Part shown: positions 38,650 to 54,621 of the stretch, one piece after another
Position numbering within the stretch: the first letter of the stretch is position 1
Layout of the letters: the number at the start of each line of letters is the position of its first letter
Assembly: GCF_001194135.2 (NCBI RefSeq)
Contig: NC_068989.1
Location: 38,197,637-38,261,636, forward strand
DNA length: 64,000 nt
Direction: 5' to 3'
Origin: Octopus bimaculoides
Lineage: Eukaryota
The notes under the pieces: generated by a model
The model's database searches: none
What the model saw: only the letters and a program-made list of their open reading frames with translations
What the model was told of the DNA's origin: nothing
Made by a program: the position numbers and the translations under genes

Positions 38650-39512
38650 TACTTACAGCAATCTTGTTCATGGATTTCTTTTTCTATCATTGTATCAACA
38701 GTAACATTCAAATGTGATGCAAAGTTCTCAGATAACCTAACCATGCACATAATGATGATGATGATGACATAAGTAATTGTACGATTATGCATTACATAGA
38801 TTTATTAATGCACTTTTGCATCTGTGAAACCTTAAGTAATGCAGTCTTGAGTGAAACTTAATACAGATATTTAAATTCATCAAAGTGTCGAAGTTGTTTT
38901 TAGTTCATTTGTACATTTATTTATATGTGTGTATGTGCATCTTTTTATGCATGTGTACAAATATTTTTTATTCTTTTGCCAATTTATCATTGCACAGTGG
39001 CCATCTGAGGCACCTCGTTTAAAATTTTTAATTGATTATATCAACTCTAATACATCAATCTATTTCTTTTATTGATTTCTCTACTGAACTGTCACAATTA
39101 GAGAACAAAAAAGGACAAACCAAAAAGCATACACAAAGGTGCACCTGCATACAAACATACACAATTTTAGAACATAGACCCAACAAATAGATATGCACAA
39201 ATGTGCACTTAGATGTACACAACCTATGCATACACATGTATGTATTCACACACTCAGGGCTTTTACAAAGTGTACGTTTACCAAATTTGACTCAGAAGAT
39301 ATTAGTTTCCCTGTGGGTAAGATATTTATCCACAGCTCCACCTGGTGAAATCAAACTTAAAATTAAAAGGTTGTGAAGCAAACCTCTTAACTCCACAGCC
39401 ATATATTTTAGGCATAAAATTACAATAATAAAGAAAAAATTTTCTTGATACATTTCTTTGATCTTTCTGATTAAACTGAATTTTTTTTTCATTTAACGCA
39501 TTCACATATGGA

Positions 39513-39567
<55 letters not shown>

Positions 39568-39698
39568 ATATATATATATGTGTATATATATATGTGTATA
39601 TATATATGTATATATATATATGTGTATATATATATGTGTATATATATATGTATATATATATATGTGTATATATATATGTGTATATATATATATATGTG

Positions 39699-39733
<35 letters not shown>

Positions 39734-39777
39734 GTATATATGTTATATATATGTGTGTGTATGTATGTATAAATGTA

Positions 39778-39808
<31 letters not shown>

Positions 39809-40150
39809 GTACATATGCAAACACAGGCTCATATATCAAGTCCCTTTCATGTTTACTGTTTGATTTATACCAGATTTAATAAAATTCCTGCCATCTACAA
39901 AAATATGAAAAAAGATCCAAAAGAAATCAACTCTGAATAGGTAGTTTATCAACTGGGTTTCAATTTCTGTTTAGTTTTTCTCTTTCTGTTGTTGCTGTTG
40001 TGCATTTTAAGGTACATTTAGCTTGATGAATATATGTACAAATATTCCAATAACAACTCTTTCTTTATGTTTTTAGTCTGTTCTGCAATCTTTGAAGTAT
40101 TTTTCAATGTATACAGCCTTCCTTGACTTCACCTTAGAATATTATAATTA

Positions 40151-40187
<37 letters not shown>

Positions 40188-41010
40188 ATGATTATTATTA
40201 AGATTGGTTCCTGTTTGTACTTTTTCTTTGCACTAATTTTTCTTTCTCTAACTGCTTATTACTCTTTGGTCAGGGTCTAGTGTCAAATATCGGTGTACCT
40301 TGATTGAATGTATATTTTAAGAGTTCACATATCCTCTACTTTTCTTTTCTATAAATTCAGTGATAAGGCTGGAATTAAAGGAAAACTACAAAACTGATCT
40401 TAGTAAGGCTGTCTGATCCATCCTACTTCAAAGAAATCACATCAATTACCCCTAATTATATTTGTGTATTATTTGTAAAAATAAATTTCTTGATTTTGAA
40501 ATCTGTTGGTGCATATGATTAGATAGTTTCAGAGGAAGAATAAAAAGAGTCATCCACTGAAGAAGGAACACACTCTCTTCATATAATTTCACACACTTTC
40601 AATTTTCTGTATACCTTTTCTCTTCTCAGGTTCCTGTATTCACAGTTTTGTTGGCTTCAGGTGTCTTGCTGAAGAACTGTTTGTTTCTGACTCTTCTTCT
40701 TAGTTTACTTCACTCTGGGGTATAGGCCACCCACAATAGATCTGCAATCATCTCAGTCTTATTCTGTTTTTACTTTCTAGTTCTGGTTGTACCCTTTTGT
40801 TATCTCTGTCAAGGTTTCCACACATAATGATTGTTGATCTCCTCTCTTCCTCTTGTCTCATGGCTTCCAGATCAGTGCTTGTACCTATTCAATTGAAAAT
40901 ATTTAAAGAGGCTGTAGAAGATTGCACTGTGCTTAATAGCTTCAACAGAGCAGAGTGCATCCTGCACTTTTTTTGCTTGATGTCAGTCAAAACAATGGTA
41001 ATCATTGATC
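38650..41010 (-). pseudogene. Cluster of VPS13D-like relic exons
   Basis: In order: IVLTDIKQKK (~40990; LLMEDLLEKN), SLITEFIEKK (~40360; SLVHINIFLVDKK), NLNICIKFHSRLHYL (~38850; NTKLDLKVHSLSLVL). Confidence 0.45.
39500..39815. repeat. Compound TA/TG microsatellite
   Basis: (TA)n interleaved with TGTG units. Confidence 0.9.
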
Positions 41011-44000
41011 TTTGGTTATACATTACTTTTTAAAACTATTTAACACTTTCTCCTCCACAAAAATATATTATCATTATCGTATTTTGTTTGGATTATATAA
41101 TGAAATATAAGCACATTTTTTTTAATGAGATTTGAACATATTCATCAAAACATGTTTCATTGATATGAATTATTTTATATGATAGCATGTAAACATTCCA
41201 TTCCCTGAGAAATGTCCAGTTGGCTTCAAGCAAACTATTATAATTATTGACTTCTTCATCATCACTGTTATCTGCATTAGTATCATCATCATCACTATTA
41301 TCAATATTATTATCATCTTCATCATTGGCATCTCATCACTATCATCATTATTACAATTATTTATTGCTAAAAGTTTTGGCAAACATCAGTCTGTTTCATG
41401 TTGTATTGGTAACTTGTGTATTTCTGTTAGAACTTCAGAAACCTACCTTGTCTCTATGATATTGAATCAATTAACAATATCCAATCAATAAATGCTGCAG
41501 ATAATTTTTAGTGAGAAGACAAAGGGCAATGCCATCACCTTCTTCAGTCTCTAAAATCACTGGGAAGAAGAACGTTATCCCTTAACTGGGTACTTGGTCT
41601 GAAAACTTGCAGCAGAATAAACTCTGTTAAAGGTACCCAAAACCTACAGTGGGGCTAAACTGGGCAACAGTTTAAGTCTACCACCACAGAACTGGAATGA
41701 TTCCATTGACAGACTTCCATGAAGTTTCCATCAACCAAATTTCACTCACAATGTTATGGTTAACCCATACCTATTGGAGTAAACAATGCCATTCAGCAAG
41801 AATGATCCTGACAAACTATCTAGTTATGAACTTCTTAACTATATCACTTGCCCAGGAAGAACAAAAGTAGGAAATTATGTCTTGATAGATTCCTGTTGAT
41901 TATTGGGTTTGAAACATTGTATGATATTTGGTATGAACTCATAACAAAGATGGCTTTGACATACAAAACCTTGAAATGTTTGGATAATATTTGGTATGTA
42001 GTATAAAAAAGGGTGGTGGGTGGCAGAAACAGTGTAATGCTTGATTAAATTTCTTGCGGTATCTAAATCACTTTGTGATGGAGTAACAAGCATTTAGTGG
42101 GGATAATTAGTTTCTATTTATTCAACTATACAGCTCTATTTAAAGTGTATGACCTTATGACAATGCAAGAAATTATTACTCCTTGGAAGGAATGAAGAGA
42201 AAGTGTAGTGCTGTATAAGCTCCAGGCTTGATCAAGCTCTAGATTTGAGGAAGAGGATCTTTGACATGTAAATCCAATGTTTGAGTAATATATTGACTGA
42301 ATTTGAGAATCACAGTGTCCATGCCATTATAGAGTGAATATTTTTAAAGGGTAGAGCATAGTGTTACAGGAATGTTGCACTTTCTCCAATATCAAATATC
42401 TTTAAATCTGCAGTTTCACATGAGATTGGTAAGGTGGACCCCATTGGCATAGGACAGCTGTTGTTTTTCCACTTGTCTCCATGTTCATTGTATTAGCATT
42501 TGGAGGTGAATGATGTTACTGATGCTACTCTCTTTTTATATGTTATTGCATTGATTGGTGGATAAAGATGATGATCTTATGTTGTTGCTTGGTTGTATAT
42601 GTGGGGCCTTAAGAATGGTGAGGGGCCATGCATTAGCTGGTACTGTAGGTGTAGTCATAATTTTACTTTAATCAACCTGAGTTGAGCAGACCTATGATTA
42701 AAAGCACAAAAATAGTAACTACTCTATTTTTTTCTATCACACATAGTATATCTTGGACTACAATATCCAATGCGTCTCTCCTTTTTTCTAAAATGGTTTA
42801 GTTGGCTACTATTTCTAGCAAGTCAAGCAACAACACAGAAAGCTTTTCTTGTTGGCTTGTGTATGAAATTTGGCACTACCTGCAATAAGCTGTGCTCCTT
42901 TTATCTCCCAATGTTCTTTTATTTTGAGCTTGTTTCATTTTGAAAGTAAGTCTTTTTATGGTGTGTGTATGTGTGTACATGCTGCTTATGATAAAATGAA
43001 GTACATTAGTTTGTGTTCTTTATAAACTGTGACTTCTTATGGAGAAATTAATCACCTAATTAAGATTGGTGAAATTAATTGAAGTTCATGTATATTTGTT
43101 AGTATGTTAACATTATATCTTTCTATTGAATAAATATGGTATTTGTGCATTGTTTTGCATTCATTAGTTTGCCTTCTGCATCTTACTGATGTTGTAGAAT
43201 TATAGGATCACAGAACTAAACATTACCACAATCTCCACTGCAGACGCTGCACTCCATACACTCAATATAGTAATTTCAGTGACTTTTAAAACAAAATATC
43301 CCAAGTAGTAACATTAAAATGCAATCCTAATTTCAGATCTAAAATTGCTGATCTAATAATAATAATAAAAAAAGAAGACCAATGATAATTTCAAACACAA
43401 TACACTAATATTGCACTTGATAACAATATAACTCAGCATCACACATTTAAGCAACAAGGAAAACATACAAGAGAAAAAAACAATATTCTGGCAGATATTT
43501 GTATCTAACATCAACTACAAAACAAGGAGTTAAATATTAAAGTAATTAACATCAATGACACTAATGACTTTCACATGACATCATGTCACAATAACAACTT
43601 CAAGTAATGCACCAACATTAGGTAAACTCACCAAACACTTTTACAAAGTCAGTCACCAAAGGTCACATGTAAATGACAGAAACACAAGCCATAAGGTACC
43701 CACCTTCCATTAGCATTATTATGGCACCTTTCATTCATCAGATGCCTAAAAATACAGGAAATCCAAAGATGCCAAAAAGTCAGGACTTGAAAATTTTGGT
43801 GAATTCAATTTCTGTTTCAAGCTCTGAGTGCTTTAACCCTTTAGTATTCACATTATTCTGTCAGACGCAATGCATCTGTATTCTCACTGTTTTATATAAA
43901 TCATGCATTATGTTGTAACTTGGAGATTTTGAAGAAATAGCTGATAATTTTTAGAATTATATTGTAGGGTTGATGTGTGAAGCCAGATCTGGCCAGTTTG

Positions 44001-47000
44001 ATTATGAAACAGGTAGAATATTTTGGCTAGATATAGCTACTTTAAATGCTAAAGGGTTAAGTATGCTTTTCCAATGTTGTTGACTGATCATGCTAACATT
44101 GTCAAATCTACAAAATCTGAAAAAAAGGTAGTCATAAGAATTACGAAACCAGACAAAAATACATCACATATCCATAAATAATCTTGATATTACCAATTTA
44201 CTCACAGCCTTTCCAAACATCACAATTATTTACCTGATGATAAAAATTCTATTGTATTATTTGATCTGCTAGAAATAGCAAGCAAATATTCCTCAAGTTA
44301 CACTTCACTAGTTTACTTGAAGAAAGGGCATATGAGACACTATAGTCCTACATATCACTAAAAAGACAAAATTGTCATGAGTGGAATGACTTTTATCATA
44401 GATTTGGTTGATTAAAGTTGGCCAGAAGCTACAGCAACAATCTCACAAAGAATACAAGACTATCAGAATATTTCACACACAAAGCATTCTACCATCAACC
44501 TTCACAAATGTTTCCAAATACTAAGTCTCTCTCCTCTAATGAGCAACTCCAAATGCTAACTATTTGGCTGATAAACTAGCTTTTACATTAAGTTTTGTAT
44601 TAGCAAGCTGGAGTGATACAGGCAGTGCCTGTAACTTTTCTTAGTTCTCTCTCACACAGCTGAGAACAATTTGATGGATACTAAGTTTAAAACATTGGTT
44701 GACATCTTTATAAACCACTTGTGAGGGAATATGCCTACAAGCTGCTTGATTTGCTAGAAACATCAAACAAATATCCTACAAACTACATCCTATTATCTTA
44801 AAGGACACACCGAATAATGTAGTCTGGATATTGCTAAAGAAATCAAAGCAAAAGAAATAGGTTGGTCATTGCTTGGCTGTTCTTGAGCACAGATCACTTC
44901 AATCATAACTGAAACAAGATTAAACAATTATAGGTAAGACATCTAGTAAAGAACCTCTGTGTGATCACTTATAGCCAAATATCCCTAAAATCACATCTCA
45001 CCCTACCTTTAAAAATATATCTGAAACTAAATTGAGAAATATTGCATTTAGCACACAATGTTATAAAAGATAAATGCTGATAGCCATAATACATTTGATA
45101 GGTCAACTCAGTTCAGGCTGACCTGGGGCTTGACAACATAGGTGGGAGAAAGACCCTGAAGGTTGTAGCTCTTTTGAAGAAAAATTGGACTAAATTTTTG
45201 CTTGGAAACTGAAAATGTGAGGTGTTGTAGGGGATGAGGGGAAAAATATTGTTTATATGATAGGACTGTATAAAATAGTAACTATCATTCAGCAGATGAC
45301 AGGCTGTTGTAGTTGTGACTTGGGAGTTCACTGTATTTCATACTGTTAGGTATTGGGAGGTGTTGGATTCAATTGGTTGGTGTAGGTATGCAACCATGTT
45401 TAAGAAATAGTGAAAATGATGGTAGTTGACCTGATTGAACCATAGAAGGATGACAGTTAACCTCAACCATATTGGTGTCTCCAGTTTGGAAGAGTTGACT
45501 GATGTAAACAAAAGTTTTTTTTTTAAATGCAAGAAAAGTATTGTTGTTTAATCCCATGCTAGATCTGATTTAGCATACCACTGATTAAGTGCATTCCAGC
45601 CATGACCATTCTACCTTGTTTATCAGAGACTATATTGTCATTCTCATTTAATATAGTAGGATGCCATTTATGAGGGGGACTTTGCTGTTATATTTAGCAG
45701 GTTTATTACCTCTGTAGTGGTCTGGTTCATTTATGTAACAAGGAGAATGTCTTAAGCAGTTATAATATATATATATGCTAAAACACTTAGGGATGTGTGT
45801 GTGTGTATGTATGTATGTATGTATGTGCATACATGTAGCTGTGTGTAACATTTGTGATCTGCCATGACTACAGATGTGTTGAAGTTCTTATTTAATTAAC
45901 AAAGGATTCAATGATGATTGTGTGTTGTTAGTTATTTTGTTGATGAATTTAGCTTTTGTTTCAAGGATTTCCTTATCTAATATAGTTTTATGCATATGTG
46001 TGAAGATAAGATTTTTTCTTGTTTGTGTATATTTAACCTTATGAGAAAGTGGCAAAGATATCTGATCTACAGAACAATTCTTTATGAGTTTGCAAATTCC
46101 ACATGGCTATAATGGAAACACAAAGCTCTCTTGGATCTGTTTTATAAGATGCATATCACTGGGTCTTTTTTCCTTATTTTGGTAAGAAATGTTAAGAGAA
46201 AGCTTGTTTTCTGAGATGCAGCATTATGTGCCTTTTTAATAGAATGTTTTAGGCTGACTTTGCTTTCATCCTTTCGAGGTCGATGTAATTGACTTTCCCC
46301 TCCCCTGAATTTGCTGGCCTTGTGCTAAAATTTGAAGCCAATATTTGCTCACTGCTTATGTTAGGATTCAACTGCCATTTCTTAGCTACAAATATTTGCC
46401 ACATTAAACTTTAGGAAGCAACTGTTACCTTAATCAACGTCATCTCATTGTCAATATATATTGAACTAACACAGGAGCGTCTATGTGGCTGCTCAACTTG
46501 CTAGAAATAGCAGCCAAATTGCACTCACATCACAGTCTAAGGTTTTAAAGAGAGAAACTTTAGATCATGTCGTTCTACATATATCACAGTTAAAATAATT
46601 TTGATCATTGGTCTGCTGTACCAAGACAAACTTAGAGTTAAGCAATGGCAATTAATAACAATATTTCTTTTTAACCAATATTTTACACAACACCCCTACA
46701 ACAAAAATTACATCTAATATTAATTCCCTACAAAGTATAACCAAAGTTAAGGTGGTGAGATGGCAGAATGCTTAGCAGCATTTTGTCTATCTTTACATTC
46801 TGAGTTCAAATTCTGCCAAGGTTGACTTTGCCTTTCAACCTTTTGGTGTTGATAAAATAAGTATCAGTTGATCACTGGGATTGATGCAATTGATTTACCC
46901 CATCCCCGAAATAGCTGGCCTTGCACCAAAATTTGAAACCAATATTATAACCAATGTTCTTATTTTCTTTCAATAACCAAAAGATAATAACTATTAGTCT

Positions 47001-50000
47001 GTCAGTAAAGGGTAGACCAAAAATGAAATAATCTTTAACAATAGCAAGTACATCATGAGGATGAACTACTTGAGCCTGAGGAGACTAATGATGGCTTGTG
47101 TCAGTATAGAGTAACTACCCCAAGTTTGCAATGTAGAATAAATTACTTTGCTATGAAGAAAAGATGTCTCACTTTAAAAAGGACTTTATATTAGTAGAGG
47201 GTTGTGTCCAAATCTTTAGAAAGCTCCTCTTTTTCATAGTAATATAATTTCAGTTTGTGAACTTAGAGATATTAACTTCATCTATTCTAGAAATCCACTG
47301 AGCAATGCATGAATTGTTTTTCTTTAAAGATAATTTCCTTGGGAACAGTTTCCAATTGGTTTTCTTCGAGTTATTCACATCCTGTTTAACATTAACAAGT
47401 TACGTTTTTATCCAAGGAAAGATTGATCTGGTCATATTTCAGTCCTTTCTGCTGCTGTACTGGATAGATTAAAACTTAGAATGTATACTTTACTTACTCA
47501 ATATACTGATGGCTTGTAGCATTATATAATTTTGTTTACATCACTGTATACTGGCTTCAGAAATAAATTTTTATATATATTCTTGATTTGAAATACATTG
47601 AAGTAAACAACACTCATTTCAATACTGACACACACACACATATGTATGCACATACATTCATATATAACCATTTTCTGAATAAAAAAATTATATACACATC
47701 TGTTTATCTAAAATCAAATGGATTCTTTTATCAAAAGCAGAATTTAAGCCTCAAAATAAGTATTGAAGACATTCTGCATTGGTAATTTCTTTCATAAATT
47801 TCTTTCTCTCATTGTAATGTAATTTCTCTCTTTAATGTCCTTTAATGTCAGCCAATACAATCCCCAAACACTTCCGACAAATATTCTATTCAAGGAAACT
47901 TAGATAAAGTTACTTCATTTATTTATTTTGCTTGATCTTAACAATAACATGGAATGTTCTGAAAATTACTCTTGTATTTTTTGCTTCTAGTCAGAAATGT
48001 ACTGTTTGGTACTCATACTATCTAATCAATTTATCTGTGCATTTGGAGTTTTGCATAATTTTCACCTAGATTAACAGTGGTGAATTATATCTCCTTGATA
48101 AATAAGTTGGACTTACTTTGTCAAGGTTTCTTAAAATTTGTTGACTCTTTTAACGTTGACTCTTTTAATGTGCATCTTCCATACTGGCATGGATTGGATT
48201 GTTTAACAGGATCTGACAGATCTGAAGGCTGCATCATACTCTACTGTCTGTTTGATATGGTTTCTATGGCTGGGTGAATTTCCTAATCAAAAGTCAGTAA
48301 ATGTAAAAAAGGGGCAAGAGTATATACGAGTATATAGGAAATTCCATGAAAAGGAATTGGTCTCACTTTCTTAATGATACTTGTGAATCAGTAAGAAAAC
48401 TATATTAAATTTCAAGAAAGAGCCATGTAATTGATAGCTTAAATATACTCCATGCATGGTACCTTATATTTGTCTAAAATGAGTTCAAATCTAAGAAAAT
48501 TCCTTTGTTTTACATCTCAATGAAATACTTGTACATCTACAATGAAACTGCATTATCTCCCTACCTATTTGTACCATAGTGGAGTCTGCTGTTGCGATCT
48601 TACTGATTTTCATTTAGCTTGGATATGGTAAATTAGTGAAAGTATCAGCTATTTTTTGTTATTTGCTGGTGGTTTATAAGAAGTTACTAGTGCTACTAGA
48701 AATAGTCTAAATCTCCTGTAAGCAACACCCTCCCATCTGAAAAAGGGGACGGACTCATTGGATAATGTGATTTTAAATAAACAGTCTGAAAAGGAAGTGG
48801 GAAAGCTTTCAATACAAGTGCACTCTATCAGTCAGCATAACAACATTTGTTGTTTCTCCAACTTTGTGTTATCACACAGATACCTTTTCTATGTAATTTA
48901 TCCAATTTTTCATCTTTTTAAATGTATTCCTTGGTACACCATTCTTGAAAGTATTCCCTTGCTAACCACCAACAATTTAATGAATCATTAATCACACTAA
49001 CTTTCATGCAGCTAAGCCAGATTATGGCTACTGATCATCATCTGCAGATAATTGGACAACCACTGTAGCATAACTAACCCATTTTAATCTCTGATTCACT
49101 ATATTTCTTTCTAGAATATTTCTGCACTTTCCTACATCAAATGCTTTCCAAAATATGTTTACACTATATCAAACACAATATAGAATTTATTTGCTTTCCT
49201 GATGACACACATATTGTGTCATAATTAATTAGAAGCTCATCTGTATCTTTAAACCTCGCAGAATGAGGAGATATAGATTAAAATTGATGCAAAAGAATCA
49301 TGGATTGTTGTTGTTATTAAACTAAAGGATAATTCTAAGTGACTAGACCTAGATGTTTAGCAATCCCATGTAGCTCTGGTACCCTGAATGAAATTGTCAG
49401 ATGTTCTCATCTTTACAGATAGTGTTAGGATGTTCTAGAGTGATTTGGCTACTATTTTTTATAGGTCAGGTTATTACATACAGGTTTTCTCACTGTCGCA
49501 CCAAATCAAAGGTAGAAACTGACAGGAAAAAAGTGTTTTTCACAGCCTGTATACAATTTTTCTTTTCATTTTTAAAAAGAATCAGTTTATTATATAAATT
49601 AGCGATTTGGCCTAAGTGACTGATAGAATAAGAGACTAGACTTGCAAAGAATAAGTCCTGAGGTTATCTGTTCAACTAAAGGTGGTGCTCCAGCATGGCC
49701 ACAGTCAAATGACTGAAAAAAAATAAAAATAAAATATGTAATTGAATTTTGTTTCTAATATTTATATTGTTATCTTTATCTTCATTTATGTTTTTAATTT
49801 TTTCAAAATATTTAAAAATTTGACTTCATTTTCTGTGGTCATTATTTTTCATTTGATAAGAAATATTCTGGAAGACAGCTTAGGCTAAGAGCATTGCCTT
49901 TTTTGTTTTGATTATCTAATTTATATATTTNNNNNNNNNNNNNNNNNNNNNNNNNNNNNNNNNNNNNNNNNNNNNNNNNNNNNNNNNNNNNNNNNNNNNN

Positions 50001-50515
50001 NNNNNNNNNNNNNNNNNNNNNNNNNNNNNNNNNNNNNNNNNNNNNNNNNNNNNNNNNNNNNNNNNNNNNNNNNNNNNNNNNNNNNNNNNNNNNNNNNNNN
50101 NNNNNNNNNNNNNNNNNNNNNNNNNNNNNNNNNNNNNNNNNNNNNNNNNNNNNNNNNNNNNNNNNNNNNNNNNNNNNNNNNNNNNNNNNNNNNNNNNNNN
50201 NNNNNNNNNNNNNNNNNNNNNNNNNNNNNNNNNNNNNNNNNNNNNNNNNNNNNNNNNNNNNNNNNNNNNNNNNNNNNNNNNNNNNNNNNNNNNNNNNNNN
50301 NNNNNNNNNNNNNNNNNNNNNNNNNNNNNNNNNNNNNNNNNNNNNNNNNNNNNNNNNNNNNNNNNNNNNNNNNNNNNNNNNNNNNNNNNNNNNNNNNNNN
50401 NNNNNNNNNNNNNNNNNNNNNNNNNNNNNNNNNNNNNNNNNNNNNNNNNNNNNNNNNNNNNNNNNNNNNNNNNNNNNNNNNNNNNNNNNNNNNNNNNNNN
50501 NNNNNNNNNNNNNNN

Positions 50516-50562
<47 letters not shown>

Positions 50563-50864
50563 TGTTTACATTTCCCCATCACATTATTATAGACAATCAA
50601 ATAAAACATCTATTTCTATCTGTCATTTGTTCTGTCTCTATCTGAAATATTTTAGTTCCTCTTACTTCATGAAAGCATTTCTCAATCTTCAGTTCCATCA
50701 TAATCCACTGAACCTGCAATAATTCAAATGGAATATTAACCCAACAAATCCTTCCTACACAGAATCAATCAGTCTACTTACACTATATCATTTAAAAAGT
50801 AGCACAGCAGAGCATGTTCTATTTACTCACCTGTAGTGCCTTCTCCTTTCGATTAGTTGTTCTC

Positions 50865-50940
50865 ACCTATGTTTTGTAGCTGAAAACTCTCCCACCAAGA
50901 TTTGTAAATCAACATCCTCTTTCAGCCATGTGTTATAGAC
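50865..50940 (-). pseudogene. VPS13D-like relic exon
   Basis: EDVDLQILVGEFSATKHR resembles EVLVESQLLLAEFKVN; gtgaga/gtgagt donors just downstream. Confidence 0.45.
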
Positions 50941-52922
50941 CAAAAAAAAAAAAAAAATTTCATCGAACAGATACAAGTAAAGAAGTTTACCCTGCAATCA
51001 CAAGGTTTCACGTTCACTTTGACTGTGCAGCACAGGAAGCAAATGTCTTCAATTGTAGTCCAGCACTGACTTTGTAAGAGAATTTGATACAATGAAAATA
51101 AAGGAAGCCTGCTGTATTATACATCTATACATAAACACATGTGTGTACATATGCATGTGTGTGTGTGCATATGTATGTGTCCATGTGTGTGTAGACATAT
51201 GCATGTATCTGCACTGTGAGAAGCTTTGTTTGAGCAGAACTGTGAATGATGTTTACATTCTGTATCAACATTATGATTGGCCATTCTGTGCTGATGAATG
51301 AAAAATCTCTTACTTAGGAAAGAGATGAAAGTTTGAGTCAGGAAGAACATCTAACTAAAAATCCCACCTCAAATATATCCTCATCCAACACAAGCTAGCA
51401 TGGGAAAATATGTTTACCAAATGAATGATAAAGCTAATTTTCCACACTAGCTTACTATCCATATTTTCTTATACTACTCCCATCCAAATTGTAACCACTT
51501 TTTTCTTTTTGAGATATTTGCTAGGAGTAGTTAAATTCTTCTGTAAATTATTAAAGAAAATAAGAACTTAAACATTGAAATTAGGTTGCATCTTAGAAAG
51601 ATGAAATGCAAAGTTGATCTTGGCGGGATTAGAACTCAGAAGGTAAACAATTGTAACAAAATACAGGAAAGCAATACTTGTCTACAACTGATTTTTCATC
51701 AGTTACAATTGATGGTCACTGATTCTGCCATCCACTGCCCTTCACTGATGTTTATAGATGTTCTATTATATGACATGCAATTCATGGTGACTAAAATTTA
51801 AAAAAATGATATAGCCTAATGTAGAATGCTATTTGTAAATAGTGATGACTACAGCAAGCCACAAACTACTGTCTGCACCTATCAGCAGACTTGAATGTTC
51901 ATTATGATAGGATTCATTCATTGTTCCCCACCTCCTCCTTTATTTTCATTTATTTATTTTTTCACTGCTATACAGTTGAAATATATTGTCCATTTTCCTT
52001 AATGTACTTAACGTCAGTCATTATTTCTGAGCTGCACTTTAATGGCAAAAGTTAGAATAAAAAAATCCAAAAACAGAATAGGAAACAAAATCCATTATTT
52101 GATAGCAAAGACCAGCCAGTTACTACCATCTACAGAATTTGTATTTTTAGCCTTCTGTAGTATTCTGGAAATAGTTTTTATACATATATTACTTATTTGA
52201 ATTTGTTTGTCTGTCTTCTTTTTGCATATACATACACCATGCATATATATGCAGATATACATCTATATCAAACCATATACAGCAGGATTCATTGATTTGT
52301 AACATAGGTACAAGGTGTCAATTTTGATGGGTGAGTAGGTGATTAGATTGATGCTTCTGTTTGTTCTTCCATGGTATTTATTTTATTGTGCCTTTCCCCA
52401 CCACAAAGTTAAACTGAGTGGGGTTTGAATTTAGAAATATTGATGAGGAATTGCATTTATTTTAGAATTCATATCCATTTACATACATATAATTCTGTGT
52501 GTTTGTGTCTCTCTATCTCTGCCTATCTCTTTCTCTCTCTCTCTCTATATATATGTATTTATATATATTAGAACCTGGTGTAGCCATCTAGTTCACCAGC
52601 CCTCAGTCAAATCGTCCAACCCATGCTAGCATGGAAAGCGGACGTTAAACGATGATGATATATATATATATACACACACACACAAGTGGGTGTTGAAAAG
52701 TACCTGGTTTGGGTAAAAGGAAATATAGTAAAAGGAAATATAGGATAATTATGATTATATTCAACATATTCCCCTCTCAGATACACACAATTATTGCGGC
52801 ATTCCTTCAGTTATTCTAAGCCCTGTAAAAGAACTCAGAAGGTTGGGCCTCCAGCCAGGCCTTTTGCAATACCCTTGAATATGGGAACTTTTCGGCCCTG
52901 CCTTGTGTGTGTGTGTGTAATA

Positions 52923-52974
<52 letters not shown>

Positions 52975-54041
52975 TTTGTGTGAGTGCATGCAAGTTTGTT
53001 AATTTTATTTGTTATACATGTAGGATGAACAACTTGAAGAAGAATATGCAATACATGCAAAGTTTATATGTGTATATGTGTGTGTGAGAGGGAAAAAGAA
53101 ACTATGTACTTGTAACATGCAGGTACTTTAAGATGTTTCTGTGAGTCACGCATTCATTATGAAGGTCTAAAATATGAATGGATTTTGTGAATCTGAAGTG
53201 AGATTTATGTTAACATATTCTCACTGTCAATCTATCCAAAATTCCTTATTCTAAGTGTGAAGGCAAGGAAAATATATAGATTTTCCATTGTTTGTTGCAG
53301 TAAATTATGTACGAGTAGGAAATAATATATATATTCAGCCCTCCCCACTGCATTGAAAGTATAATGTAATCCTAATAATAAATTCTTCTACCACACATAG
53401 TGATTATGTATATATATTTCTGTGCAAATATTTCTATCCATGTGTATGCTTCTGTATGTATAAATGCACTGTGAATATGAAAATTATCCTGGAAAGCACA
53501 CATCTGTGTGAAGAAATGTATGTACACAGAGACATGTGTATACATAAATACATGCATAGTGGTTATATGCACATCTAACTTTTTATATTTGTATGTATAT
53601 TCTATAAATACCTCTGTATCATTCATATATCATCATCAACATATTCTCCTGTAAGGATTATACTTAAAAATATCAACTTGAGTATTTGTGCATGTTTCCT
53701 ATATTTATGTTATTAAGGAAACCAAACGATATGTTTATGAACAAAATTGTTCTATTCATTATTTGTCAAACAGTTTATTATATGAATAAATAACAGAATT
53801 ATTATATCACCCACTCTTTTTTCATCCTGGTGTTATCATTGTTCTTATGTGTCTTGTTATTCTAATGCATATTATGATCACCATCCTTTATTGAATAAGA
53901 TGATGTTATCTAAGAAGTTAAAGACAATCATGATATTAGTTCCAAGTTTGATTCCTTCTTTTAGTTTACACATGTATTGCAGCACACTGTGTTTGACAGT
54001 AGGAATATGTAGCTGTACATAGCATGTATTACACACACACC

Positions 54042-54076
<35 letters not shown>

Positions 54077-54099
54077 TATTATATGTATTTATTTTATTA

Positions 54100-54300
54100 T
54101 ATGTATTTATTTTCTCTAAGTTAATAATTAACTCGGACAAAATAAATTGGTTAATAGATACCAGGGTAGCAAAGATCACAAAATGACTGGTGTAACTCCT
54201 GTTTATGAGGTAGAAACTCCTTGTTATTTTGGGTACTTGAGTAAATATATGTTGGAAATAGAAGAATTCATTTAACATATGCGTTTTACTCCATTTACTA
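54100..54300 (-). pseudogene. VPS13D: VPS13D-like relic exon
   Basis: Within ORF 53961..54341: THMLNEFFYFQH...ILSELIINLEKIN resembles THVVEKFNVHLQ...LPDLKIHINEDKIS. Confidence 0.55.
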
Positions 54301-54303
54301 AAT

Positions 54304-54340
<37 letters not shown>

Positions 54341-54621
54341 TATGGTTTCTGGCATATATTTATAGGAAATAAAGGATGTGCAAAGATATCAACAATAACA
54401 TTACATTTATCAATGCTTCTTTATTTTCAGCCACCACAAAGCAAACTTTCCCTGTCAAAGTAGTACTGAAATTCAAAGTTATTAAACATGTGTTTTTACA
54501 ACGATTGTGAATACAGGTTGAACTGCTATACATACAGTGAAAATAACAAACATGCAGGTGCAGTTATTGAGGCATAGAAAAGCAAGCTCCATTTCTAACA
54601 TTAATGAAAATTCATTTTATA

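Noticed and set aside
47090-47150. IYSTLQTW resembling VPS13D LITLQTW
   Set aside because: Out of collinear order; that motif is expected near 39.4 kb, so this is probably chance.
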